This document shows, one piece after another, positions 1-11,309 of a stretch of 64,000 nucleotides of DNA (positions are counted from its first letter, which is position 1; every line of letters starts with the position of its first letter). This DNA is from Selaginella moellendorffii (taxonomy: Eukaryota > Plantae > Lycopodiophyta): positions 6,604,817 to 6,668,816 of the forward strand of contig NW_003314261.1 of NCBI RefSeq assembly GCF_000143415.4, given 5' to 3'. The position numbers and the translations under genes are program-made. The notes under the pieces were generated by a model. The model saw only the letters and a program-made list of their open reading frames with translations, was not told the origin of the DNA and made no database searches.

Positions 1-678
1 AGAACTTAGTCTCGCAAAGAAAATTTCGAAAGCGTACAGAACCTGATCGGATCCGAAAGGCTGTTTTCATCTCCAAAATTCTCCCCCGAACTTCCCCTGC
101 CATGTCATTAGCTCATACACGACACGCAGTAGTATTAAAAACATCCGACTTGTTGTCCGAGTGAGAAAAAAAAAGTCGGGCCTAAAGCTTCAACAAATAC
201 AGCCCAGTTTACAATTAGAAAAGCAGCTACAATTATAGTAAAATATACAAACAGCAAGTCTTAGCTCTGGTGCGCTCCAACTCACGACTGAGATGCAACG
301 TACGTCTGATACGGGGAGCTGCGAGTGCCAGCCCCGTTACCACTCGTGGAACTATTCCCTCCCTGCGCTCTGAAAGAAAGAGGTGGGAAGTCCTCTTCTT
401 TCATTTGGTAAGCCCTCTGGTTTTGCCTGAAGTAGCAAAACGAGTTTCAGTGGCCAGAATAATCGATAAAACGTTTTGGTACCTTTGCTGGTCATTCGGG
501 GAGGACGGCTGTTGTCTATCTTGACCCGCAGCCTGCTGCCCCTTAGAGCTCACACGAACGGCTCCAAGCTCAGAGCCCTGCACCGCCCCAAGCGTCCCAA
601 ACTCAAGCGGTTCGTTGGACGGGTATACAACAATCGACGTGTTCCCATTGCCGTTCATATACACCTGAGAATAAGCTT
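1..678. repeat. Near-identical segmental duplicate of 5786-6463 (nucleotidyltransferase 3' end plus the upstream region of the 4-TM gene); probably extends left of the window
   Basis: Base-for-base match at offset 5785 with only isolated substitutions. Identical 84-aa ORFs at 270 and 6055. Similarity stops after ATAAGCTT at 678/6463. Confidence 0.95.
282..678 (-). pseudogene. Duplicated 3' fragment of the nucleotidyltransferase gene
   Basis: Encodes EPLEFGTLG...QMKEEDFPPLSF...ASQS*, matching 6067-6463. The 5' part of the gene is absent. Confidence 0.85.
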
Positions 679-710
679 GCAGGGTTGCAGGGGGTTCCAA
701 AAGTACGGTT

Positions 711-1467
711 GCAGGGGGTACGCGGCTCTACGTCCGATTCCGCCGGCGCGCGGGCCTCGAGGCCACCTACACGGAGATTTGCGATGGATTGTTCGTGGGG
801 CGTGGCCATTCCAGCGCGATCACATCCCTCCGGGCAGTCCCGCGGTCGTGGATTGCACCAACGAGCTACCCAGGACGGTGGGATTGGAGCTTCCCTATGT
901 GTGCATCCCGGCCTGGGATACCAGATCGCCATCGCCGGAGGGCATCGAGCTAGCCGTGCGCTGGGCTCTCGTCAAGCGCTCCCAGAACCATCCCATTCTC
1001 ATCCACTGTGCCAAAGGTAGGCTTCCCCATCACTCTTTTTTCTTTCTTTCTTCTTTTGCCATAGCTAGGCCTAGTTGAAAAACAATGTTTTGATTGTCTT
1101 CTTTCAGCATTCTTTCGATTGGCATTTTGTTCCTCTGCATTGATGATCTTTCCCTCTTTCTTCCCCGGATTTTTATCGACGCGCATTGAGCGTGCTTTAG
1201 TTTTCATCTTGGCTGGCGGGGTGGGCCTTAGACGATTTGGATGCTTGTCGTTCGTGCACAGGTCATGGGCGTAGTGTGGCTGTTACGTGCGCGCTGCTGG
1301 TGGCATTGGGCGTGGTGGGCGACTGGAAGGAAGGCGAGAGCCTGATCAAGAGACATCGCCCACGGATCCGTCTCAATGCAGCGCAAAGGAAATCTCTTCA
1401 AGAATGGCGTAAGTCTCAAACAGAGAACCTCTTTACGTCTCTCTCGCTCTATAGATACCGGGGTTGA
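711..1467 (+). pseudogene. 5'-truncated, frameshifted dual-specificity phosphatase (YnbD-like plant DSP)
   Basis: RLYVRFRRRAGLEATYTEICDGLFVG, then a 1-nt frameshift at ~800 into AWPFQRDHIPPGSPAVVDCTNELP...CIPAWDTRSP...ILIHCAKG. After an intron (~1017-1261) it continues HGRSVAVTCALLVALG...RPRIRLN, giving the CX5R motif HCAKGHGRS. The 3' end is approximate. Confidence 0.8.
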
Positions 1468-2235
1468 TTTTTATTCTTGTGTTATGTATCAGAGCTTCGG
1501 CGGTATTGATATGTTAGCAGATGGTCTTCGTATTTGTTGATACTGAACCTTGAAACCGAGCTAATGTGTTTTCTCCTCGTGAAATATACTTCTCTTAGTA
1601 CTGATTTTAGACAAGCTTTATTAGATATTTGGGATATTTGTCACTTTGATTCATGAGGTATTTTTCTAAGCTGGTTCATGTGAAATATTTATATACTTTT
1701 CTTAGTATTGATTTTAGACAAGCTTTATTAGACATTTGTCTTGCTCACTTTGATCTAGGAGGTATTATTCTAGAGCTGGTTCAACAGCCATTACTTCTGG
1801 ATGCACCGTGCTCCCCAGCTTTGCAGGAAATGGCCAAACGCATGAAGCTCGAGAGCTCTTTGATGCCATTCCCGAAGAGATGAAACCCCTGTTCTTGGGC
1901 AACCCTTTGGCTGATAGAAAGGCTAGGCTCCAGAGGACTTAATTTTCTTAATTTAATCGAAAGCTCCCATGTGTTTCAATGTGGTGCAAACTCTCCTCAG
2001 CCGCTAACTCTAGCTAAGGTGGCAAACTTCAGCAACAGCTAGTAGAAAATTCACAGCTGTGAAGACTTCCCGTTTTTCTATATCGAACCTGTCTATGTCT
2101 ACTGTAACTTACGTCATCTCGCATATAACTGAGGCAGACGTACCATCTTACTACGAGCATTTAAGCGGAGATCATATCATCCTCCCTAAATAGCACTATC
2201 TCTCCCAATCTAAGCCCAAGTTACTCCTGTCCACA

Positions 2236-3814
2236 ATGGTTCACATCCCAAATCCAGATTCCCCTGTTCTCAAGCTCCCCCGCTTCTTCTCTCTCAAAGC
2301 CGACAATGGTAAGTACCTCATGCTCAAGTCCGATGGCACCCTTGCATTCGAGTCCGACACCACCACCCGATACACCACACACGAGGCGGTCTACAATGCC
2401 AATGATTCCAACGCCTCCTTCGTCATTTGCTCCGCCAACAAGCACTTCTGGCGCCGCCACTCCTCCACCTCTGCCGTGGTAGCCGACCTCAAGAACCCGC
2501 CCAGCGACACCGATGCCTCAAACCGGTTCAAGCTCCAGCCCGAGGTCGCCCCAGGAAAGGTGGCACTCTCCTCCGTCCAAGACGGTCTCTTCCTCAAGCG
2601 CTTCAACACCCAGTACCGCGCGTTGCTCGAGGAGCCCAATGAGATCTTTGCCATGGTAGAAGTGGTGGAGTCGTCCTACTACGTTGTCAACATGCCCGAG
2701 TACGTGGGTTTCAAAGGTAGCAATGCCAAATACCTCACGTGCTTGGTCGATTACCCTGTCATACTGGATCCGTTCGCGCTCACAGAAGAATCTGCTGACG
2801 TTCGTCTTACCACCCACCAGGTACTGCTGTTTTCGTCTTTCATCTGCTTGCTTCCATTCGCAGCCCCCTTACCAGGTGGAGTATCTCCTGAACGGCAAGA
2901 TAGCTCTTCGATCCAACCAAGCCGCCTCCTGGACTTCAAACAATTACTGGAGGGCGTCCCAGTGGATTACACCGGACGGTGACACTCCCGACCACCCTGA
3001 ATGCCAGTTCGATCCAGTCCGAGTGAACAGCACCACAGTTGCTCTCAAGAGTGCCAATGGCCTCTACTGCAAGCGTGGAAGCCCGTCCTTCACCAACGCT
3101 CCGGACGCGATCTTTGCTGAGGCATCCGACTACGAGGAAACGTCAAGCCACCTCGTGGTCGAAGAAGCTGTGATGAGCAGGCAAATCTTTAACGTGACTT
3201 ACCTGCTAGATCTGGCGAGTGCAAGCGAGGAGGAGCCAATCGGTGTCGCCTATGGATCTGCCACGAACAAGGGCAGTGAGCCTGCAGAGATGGAGATCAG
3301 CGTGAGCAAGACCACCACAGTGAGCAACACCAGGTCCTTCCACAACTCGTTCACCTTCTCCCAGAGCATCACGCAGACTTTGACGCTCGGTGTGCCGTTC
3401 TTTGCCGACGAGAGCACCGAGATCCAGATCGGAGCCGAGCAAGAGTTTGGAAACCAGTGGGACGAGACTTTGTCCGAGGAAGTCGCTTATCAGACGACTT
3501 ACAAAGTGACGATTCCTCCAGGGAAAACGGTACGTATGAGAATTTGCCTGTGCGCCTTTGCTCGATTGATTAACTGACATCCTCTGCTATCCATCCAGGG
3601 AACTGTGCAGGTTGTGATCAGCACTGCGAAACTGGCCGTCCCGTTCCACTACAAGACGAGGGACACGTCGCTCAATGGTGTGGAGCGTGAGCCTGTGGAT
3701 CGCATCGACGGTGTCTTTGATGGTGTGCTGGCTTACAGGACTGATGCGGAGATATATGACGGTACCAAGACATACCGCATCCCTGTTCCCATGAAACTCA
3801 ACGTTACGAAATAG
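2236..3814 (+). CDS. Agglutinin (amaranthin-like beta-trefoil lectin) plus aerolysin/ETX-MTX2-type pore-forming domain protein, ~484 aa; exons 2236-2820, 2876-3529, 3599-3814
   Basis: Repeated beta-trefoil motifs (FSLKADNGKYL, VGFKGSNAKYL, VALKSANGLYCKR), the EEAVMSRQIFNVTY linker, and a Ser/Thr-rich aerolysin-like C-terminus (YKVTIPPGKT, VPFHYKTRD, DGVFDGV). GT-AG introns keep the frame. Confidence 0.88.
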
Positions 3815-4097
3815 AACACTCTACCTTGGTGATAATAAGAACTAAAAGATCCGTACAATCGCGAGTTATAAATAAATCTGTACTAACACTGAAAAATATC
3901 CATCCGCATTCATATTTCGCGAACACCGTATAGTAAATCCATACTTGAGAAATGCCAGATTCACCAACTTTTGTATGAATTCTAGGGACCCTCAACTTTG
4001 CATCCACCTATGATTTTATCCTTACACTTATTTATAAAAACAAAATATTTGGAGCATTGCCTTGAACGGCGACCTAAAACTAAAACTTTCGAGACCA

Positions 4098-4745
4098 CAA
4101 TCTCTCTCAAGGGACCAACGGCCTCTCCTGTACGTGGAAGCAACACTCCGGACTTGGTTTTGGCGGTCGAAGAAGCTGTGAGGAGCAGGCAAATCTTCAA
4201 CGTGACGTACCTGCTAGATCTGGCGAGTGCGAGCGAATCGGAGTCGCCTATGGACCTGCCACGAACAAAGGAAGCGCGCCTCCTCGGATACAGTGTCTGG
4301 TTTCCGAGCTCCTCCTCGGCTCCGATTTCGATCTCGGTGCTCTCATCGGCAAAGAACAGCACACCGTTCGTCAAAGTCTGCGTGATGCTCTGGGAGAAGG
4401 TGTACGAGTTGTGGAAGGATGCTCACTGGTGTGGTCTTGCTGCATCTCTGAAGTCACGCACCAGACGTCTTACACAGTCACGATTCGCTCCAGGGAAAAC
4501 GGGGAAAACGGTACGTAAAAGACTGAGCCTGTGCGCCTCTGGTCGACTGATTAGCTCACATCCGTCGGTATCCAGGGAACTGTGTAGGTGGTGATCAGCA
4601 TTGATCCCGTTCCATGGATCGCATCGACGGTGTCTTTGATGGTGTGTTGGTTTTCAGGACAGATAAATCATTCCCTGTTCCCATGAAGCTAAAGGATACG
4701 ACATAGACAAAAGGAAGCCTACCTCGGTGGTAATAAGAAATAGAA
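4098..4745 (+). pseudogene. Degenerate partial duplicate of the agglutinin-aerolysin gene with an internal inversion (4282-4450) and many microdeletions
   Basis: VEEAVRSRQIFNVTYLLDLASASE is on the + strand and FFADESTEIEIGAEEELGNQ on the - strand. A recognisable copy of intron 2 and the last exon follows. Confidence 0.88.
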
Positions 4746-4855
4746 TAAAACGATGCTGGATCACATCACAAGTTATACAGAAAACACTCGTTACTCATGG
4801 CTCCATCTGTAGGAAGATTGTAAGGTTGGGAAAATGTCCGATAGAAAAATAAAGC

Positions 4856-5775
4856 TTACTGCCCATATTTATCCTTCATTTTCTCGGCGATGCGATCCGC
4901 ATTCTTGCTTGCTCTTCGGACGTCCTTCGCGGCCCTGAAATAGCAACACCCCATGAATCAATTGCCAAAGAATACTCAAATGAACCCATACAAGTCGACA
5001 CTCAATCTTTGAAGAGCAATAGATCGCCGTTCAAAACTCTCCTGCGGTCCTTCCGATTTTTTAAGCTGGCGAGCCAGGCTCCCGAAGAAGACCCCCAACA
5101 CCTTCACAGGGCGACAATTTAGTTAGCCGAAGTTTAGCTATACCACATAGTTTGCAAACCTCGGCAACGACCAGGAAGTAAAACGCCCATGAAACACGTC
5201 CGATAAACGACTCCACCTACATTCATAATCACCTACAATAAAAAGATACGATAAGCCCAAGCTCGTGAATAACATGTACCTCATTCGCACTAAAGCGCTT
5301 AGATCGAAAACTTCTCGCCACTTTCTCTCTCTGCGACAAGCGAGTGAAGCTGAGCCCAAAGTGACAAGGTGAAGCGTACGTTCGAAAACGAGGCCAACGA
5401 GTACACGATGGATCCAAGAGCAGCAAAACAATTGAAAACGATATTTATCCAGAAGCAAGGACCGACTGTCCTTCCTATGCCTGAAGCACCAGCCACAATC
5501 GTTACCCCTCCAAGAATTATAAGAAGCCTACGCAAGCAAAACAAGAAGTTAGATTCCCAGAACAAATAATTACATGACTGCAACTGACCACCCAGGCGAA
5601 AAGTTGGGACTCCCTCCTTGTATGACCGGAACCATTATAACAATCAAGCCTCCGAACACCTAGGTAGCTGAAGAAATCAATAAACGAGCCCCCAACAAAA
5701 GAAAACAAATCCGTGTACCAGAATGAAAAGATGTAGCAGGTTCAGAGCCCAATCTATCGCCGTAAGCGTCTTCAT
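4856..5775 (-). CDS. Uncharacterised four-transmembrane (tetraspanin-like topology) protein, 190 aa; exons 5775-5719, 5659-5589, 5527-5380, 5330-5280, 5216-5160, 5101-4992, 4934-4856
   Basis: Manual splicing at six GT-AG introns (49-63 nt) gives one open frame: MKTLTAIDWALNLLHLFILVFGGLIVIMV...WLLIILGGVTIVAGASGIG...FYFLVVAEVLGVFFG...ADRIAEKMKDKYGQ*. It has four hydrophobic segments. Confidence 0.8.
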
Positions 5776-6066
5776 ATCTGAACAGAGAACTTAGTCTCGC
5801 AAAGAAAATTTCGAAAGTGTACAGAACCTGATCGGATCCGAAAGGCTGTTTTCATCTCCAAAATTCTCCCCCGAACTTCCCCTGCCATGTCATTAGCTCA
5901 TACACGACACGCAGTAGTATTAAAAACATCCGACTCGTTGTCCGAGTGAGAAAAAAAAAGTCGGGCCTAAAGCTTCAACAAATACAGCCCAGTTTACAAT
6001 TAGAAAAGCAGCTACAATTATAGTAAAATATACAAACAGCAAGTCTTAGCTCTGGTGCGCTCCAAC

Positions 6067-9000
6067 TCACGACTGAGATGCAACGTACGTCTGATACGGG
6101 GAGCTGCGAGTGCCAGCCCCGTTACCACTCGTGGAACTATTCCCTCCCTGCGCTCTGAAAGAAAGAGGTGGGAAGTCCTCTTCTTTCATTTGGTAAGCCC
6201 TCTGGTTTTGCCTGAAGTAGCAAAACGAGTTTCAGTGGCCAGAATAATCGATAAAACGTTTTGGTACCTTTGCTGGTCATTCGGGGAGGACGGCTGTTGT
6301 CTATCTTGACCCGCAGCCTGCTGCCCCTTAGAGCTCACACGAACGGCTCCAAGCTCAGAGCCCTGCACCGCCCCAAGCGTCCCAAACTCAAGCGGTTCGT
6401 TGGACGGGTATACAACAATCGACGTGTTCCCATTGCCGTTCATATACACCTGAGAATAAGCTTCCGGTGTCCCCGGCGGATTGCCAGAAGATAATGTTAC
6501 TGGAGCTGCATGAACTGCGTTCCTGTTAAAGCTGTCATGCCATCCTCCTTTGTCACCTGCTTTCCCATGTCCTATGCGACTATTCTGACCACGGCCCACA
6601 CTACGCTGATAACGAGGAGGTACATCTCTTTCACACTCCCGTTCTTGATAGCCATCATGTTGGCCTCTGTACTGCCTTTCCCGGTAAGTCTGCCGCTGCA
6701 AGACACAACTTAATCAGAACCAAGGTTTGAAAAGTAGTTTATGACAATTACCGTCCCAGGAAGATAGGTTCCGGTGCCCGCGCGAGCGTCTCCATTAAAG
6801 CCAACAGGTCCAGGAAAAGATCTTCTAGGAATTCGTGGAGACCCCGGCCCATGCTTCAAGTTGACGTTCGAATGAGGTCTCCCAGGACCTTCCCAAATGT
6901 AATGACCTTGTAACTCCTTAGCGAAGGGGAAAAATGCGTGCTGCGGAAGAAACATTGGACCAGTCTGGCAGGCTCGTCCGTAGTCCAAGTTCCGAAGATG
7001 ATTAGCGAAGTCACTGCTCAAGAGATCAGACTGACAAACTTGAGCACCATGTCCATCTGTCAACCTGTCTGCGTCTGGATCACCAGAACTAACAGGAATT
7101 CCAGCAGCACTGAGCCTTTCCCCAACACCGAAGACCATCTGCTGCCCCGCCTGGCCGTCTTCGTGTAGTGCATTTGGTGGCATCTCGTTCAGTGTTTCTC
7201 CCTCTCCACCCTCGCGCGGCAACACGTAGTACGAGTTGTAGAGAGGTACATAAGAGAACGGAGAATAGTAAAACGGAGGAACTTGGCCGTCCGCCGGCCT
7301 TTGCTTCCGAGACTGCATGTTACTTGAAACGGCCGCATCGTATGTCGAAGAAAGTAAATGCCCAACCGGTATACCAAGAGACGTTGATGGCCGTTGTGGA
7401 GAATACACAGGACTAGATGCTTCGGAGCTCGGACTTGGTGGTACTGTGACGTCTGTTGGAGGACTTAAGCCAGAATAGACCTGAGAGCCGCCTTGTAGAG
7501 CTATATGCGGATACGAAAAAGTCCCATGGTTTAGCGCTGGCCATGATCCTCCAGGCGGCGGCGGCGGCGGCGGCGGCGGTGGTGGTGGTGGTGCGGGAAC
7601 AGTATCTGTATAGGCCAGCTTATCTTCCGAAATCGGCCTTCTGTCGTCCGAACACTCCACTTCGCCCGTCTTATCACCTGTCTCCGAAATATAATCATTT
7701 TGTTGAGAGCGTACTGCGTAATTATTCAGCTCCTGAATAAGTTCACCAGCTGTTGCATTCTTATCAACCTGCTGGTCGTTCTCCGCCTCTAACACACCCT
7801 TCTCCACAACCCTGGGAGATCCTTCACTGGACAGCTTTTCATCCGGCGAAGACATCCTCTCAATGAACTCGGGAGCATCAGGTCGCCTACCGCTCCCATG
7901 CCTGTCCCACGTGTTCAAAAAGAACTTATCCACCTCGTCGGCTACATCCTCCAGAGGGCATTCCAAAATACGGGCTAGCTTACGCGCGCCAAAACCAAAT
8001 GCATTGCGAATCCGGTAGAAATTTCCTGTTTCGTCCAACGACAGACACTGTCAGGAGAGAAACCTTACATTAGCAACAAACCTTTGTTCACGCTGCGGCC
8101 AAGATTATTGGTAGTTTTTAAAGGATCTACCACGTTTAGGTACTTCGAACCAAAGACCCGGCTTTGGACAATACTCCCGTTTATGTTCCCGTTGGGCATA
8201 ACTGCATATGCACGGCTGCAGGAGTCCAAAAAATGCTTAGTAAGTAGCAAAGGTCCTCCATCTTTCCGCGGTGGCTCAGCTGTAACAGCACAAGGTTAAA
8301 ACCTCGTCCAGACAACAGAAAAGAGAGGTTACCTTGCATATCGGGAAGAGCCGAGAGTGGAATAGGTCCCCATAAACTCAGACAATATTTATCCCAGTCG
8401 AAGTTGCTAAAGAATTCCAAGAAACGATACAGTACCTGCATCAGCCACCCTTCAAACTAAACGGGCAATAGAATGGTTATAACTTACCCCCAAGGGACCG
8501 CGAAGACTTGCATGGAATACGTGAAATATATAGAGCACGAGTGTCTCTAATGCGTATGTGGATATCAAACCATGATGTGCTCCGAGAATGCGGCTTTCGT
8601 AATAACACCAAGCCTTCACAAGTATAATGCTGCGTTTAAACAAATGGTCTCGGCCTATCAACCGATCGACCTGATAAGTTACGAAGGATTAGAAAACGAG
8701 CAACATGTTTAGAACTAATACCTCCTCCAGAAAACATAGTGTGCATAAACCACCCAACTGATTAAAAGAAATGTCGACAACAATGTTCTCCACCAGACAC
8801 TTGATGATCTTCACCTGCAAAGCCAGGTAGCAAGCTATCATCTATTCGTCACGCTACAGAAAGGAAGAGAAACGAAAACTACCTCGGCCTGGATGTACTG
8901 AACCTCTTTCACCCGAAATTCAGCATCCTTACTGCGTTCCTCCGCTTCAAGCACAGCGCGGACGTCATTCGCCCATGATTCCTGTAAGTGCTGATGCCCA

Positions 9001-9387
9001 CTGAAAGCAGTCAAGTCGATATCCCCATCCGGAAGGTATGTTCTCAATGGCACCGAGCCGAATGTAAACACCTACACAGTGACCCACACACTGAGCTAGA
9101 AACTTGGTGTCCACGTACCGCAAACAAACAAGAAAAAAAAGGAAAACAAAGAGAATTCTCACCTCACAGTCGAAGCACTTGCGAATGAGACGCTCCACGT
9201 AGTCCGCGACGGCCCGCCGCCGATCCTCGGAGAATTTGGTGGGCTGAATGCGTGTGATGAGCTCGCCAGTCCTGTTCTCTGCCTGGACCCAGCGCTCATC
9301 GTCCAGAGACGAGAATAGAGCCGCGAAGGAGGATGATCCGTCAGGCAAAAGGCCGCTTGGCTGTAGCCAGCCTTCAGGATCGCCCAT
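6067..9387 (-). CDS. Nucleotidyltransferase family protein (non-canonical poly(A) polymerase, PAP/OAS1 substrate-binding domain), multi-exon
   Basis: FTFGSVPLRTYLPDGDIDLTAF (GS/DxD catalytic motif), HLFKRSIILVKAWCYYESRILGAHHGLISTYALETL, LNVVDPLKTTNNLGRSV, GNFYRIRNAF, and a C-terminal EEDFPPL. Confidence 0.93.
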
Positions 9388-9668
9388 GCAAGCCCCAATG
9401 CAGTAAGGCTCACAAAGATTTCATGAACTGCAGCGCCTAGATATCCCACTACCGATGATTCCAATACCTCCTGCGCGAAATGTAGCGCCAGTTCTGGAAG
9501 CACCGACGCCCATCCGCTCGCCGGCGCCGACGATCGATCGATCCCCTGAAATTTCACGATCCTCCGGCGCCGACAGCCGCTGCTATCTTCGCCGCGCACG
9601 GAAATCTCCCCTCAAGAGGATCACATTTACAGCCGCCACACCGCCCCACCGGCCTCCCTCTTCCCAGC

Positions 9669-9686
9669 AAACCCTAGAAACCCTAG
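9669..9686 (+). promoter_or_regulatory. Tandem telo-box-like motifs (AAACCCTAG x2) upstream of the nucleotidyltransferase gene
   Basis: Two adjacent AAACCCTAG copies in the divergent intergenic region. Confidence 0.4.
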
Positions 9687-10407
9687 CTATGGCGTGCTAG
9701 GTGCAAGGAGCTAGTAGAATTACGTTTTGACTTTTACTTAACCAGATTGGCAGCATTGTGGTTATTTACGTCTCTCTGGGCGGTCCCCGGTTCGAATTTA
9801 CGGTGGCGTTCTTACTGGCGACCAAGATTATCACATTCCAAACGTTGATGTAACGCGGGATCTCGACCGTCGCGCGCCGCGTGGCGTGGAGCGAGCGCGG
9901 CCGTGGATGGCAGCACACCGACGGTCGCGATGCGCTCTCACTTGCGCATGGCAACTGCCGTTGGCAACTGCTCTTTTCTCGTTTTGTCTTCTGGTTTGCT
10001 TTGTTTGGCCACACTTCGCCTCTCAGGTTTCTCGCTTGCGCCCTCCGCGACAAAAAAGAGGGGGAAAAAAAAGAACAAGAGATTTGCCTAGGGCTTCCTC
10101 CAGCTCTCTTCTCGATTCTTTCGATCGATCCATTCTTTTGATCTTCTCGATCTTCATCTTCCTCGCGGGAGCTCAATCCACCGCCTCACCATAATCCAGG
10201 CGCGCGGCTCCGTGAAATCTCGAAGGCGCGCAGGTTTGTGACAATCTCGCTGTTCTTGTGTGGATCCTACATTCTTTCCTCGTGTTCTTCCCCTCCCTTC
10301 TTTGTCCTTTTCTTCTTCCTCTCGACCGGACACCAGGTAGGGCTTGGATCAAGTTGACCTAATCTTCGTCTTTCTTGTGCGCCTGGCAGGGAGAGCACGA
10401 CGATTTG

Positions 10408-10656
10408 ATGGCTTCTCCAGCTGGAATCTCCAAGCTCCTGCTCGTGGCTTGCCTCTTGGGGATGATCTTGTCCGCGGCGATCGCCCCGGTTGAATCGCAT
10501 CGGCCTCTCTTGGATGGGGCGGGCGGCAGCTCCTTCTTTGCCCAGGAGATCGACGATCTCTCCCTGGAGCAGCAGGAGAAGGTCATGGATAATCTGGCGC
10601 GCAGCATGGATTCCGCCAATCGGCGCCTCTTGCAGCAGGATCCTTACAGCGGATGA
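10408..10656 (+). CDS. Small secreted peptide precursor, 82 aa
   Basis: Signal peptide MASPAGISKLLLVACLLGMILSAAIAPVES followed by HRPLL, an acidic prodomain, and a C-terminal RRLLQQDPYSG*. Confidence 0.72.
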   Translation: MASPAGISKLLLVACLLGMILSAAIAPVESHRPLLDGAGGSSFFAQEIDDLSLEQQEKVMDNLARSMDSANRRLLQQDPYSG

Positions 10657-11309
10657 TCGATTGCGAGGATCAAATGGCCTCGCAGTAGCTCCTCCACACC
10701 CAAAGATTTTTAGATGATTCTTCTTTCTTCTTCTTCTTCTTCTCATAGAACCTACATTCTCTCACTTTTGGTTGTTTGATCCACTCCAATAAAGGGCTTC
10801 TTTCGTTTCACGCTGTTCTTCGTCTCCATCGATCACAGAGAAATTTTGGGAAGCTCCCGCTCCCATCCATCGATTGATCGATCGGCCATTCCTTTTCAGT
10901 TAGAGAAAACATTCCTGGATTTTCTGTCCGTTATGGAAGTTTATATTCCTTTATAGGTACTAGGATTGGCGGGCTAGGGTAATTTGAGGGCGCGAGGCGC
11001 GATCGCCATGGTTCATGGAGGAGACGATGCGGCATCGCTGTGCAGCAGCTCCACCAGATCATCCGGTAAGCGGCGATCCGATCTTGATCCTCTCTAGAGT
11101 CCAGCATTGTTCTCTAGCAGCTCGGAGGTCTCGCTTCCTGATAATCCAGCCGTGTTGGATGGATTTCTTGCTTTTCCTCCAGAGATCTCGCCTTGATTGC
11201 TGGCACTGGCGATTTCATCGCAGTCCAGATGGAAGGGGAGTGTGTCTCTGTCGTAAACGTGTGGTTTCGTGTGACAGGAACGAGGTGCTCGTTTGGGCCG
11301 CTACAGTCC

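Noticed and set aside
476-1078. 200-aa ORF as a genuine chimeric protein
   Set aside because: The N-terminal half is the antisense strand of the duplicated nucleotidyltransferase exon, it starts at TTG, and it runs into an intron.
1579-1760. ~100-bp local tandem duplication
   Set aside because: Two diverged AT-rich copies with no evident function.
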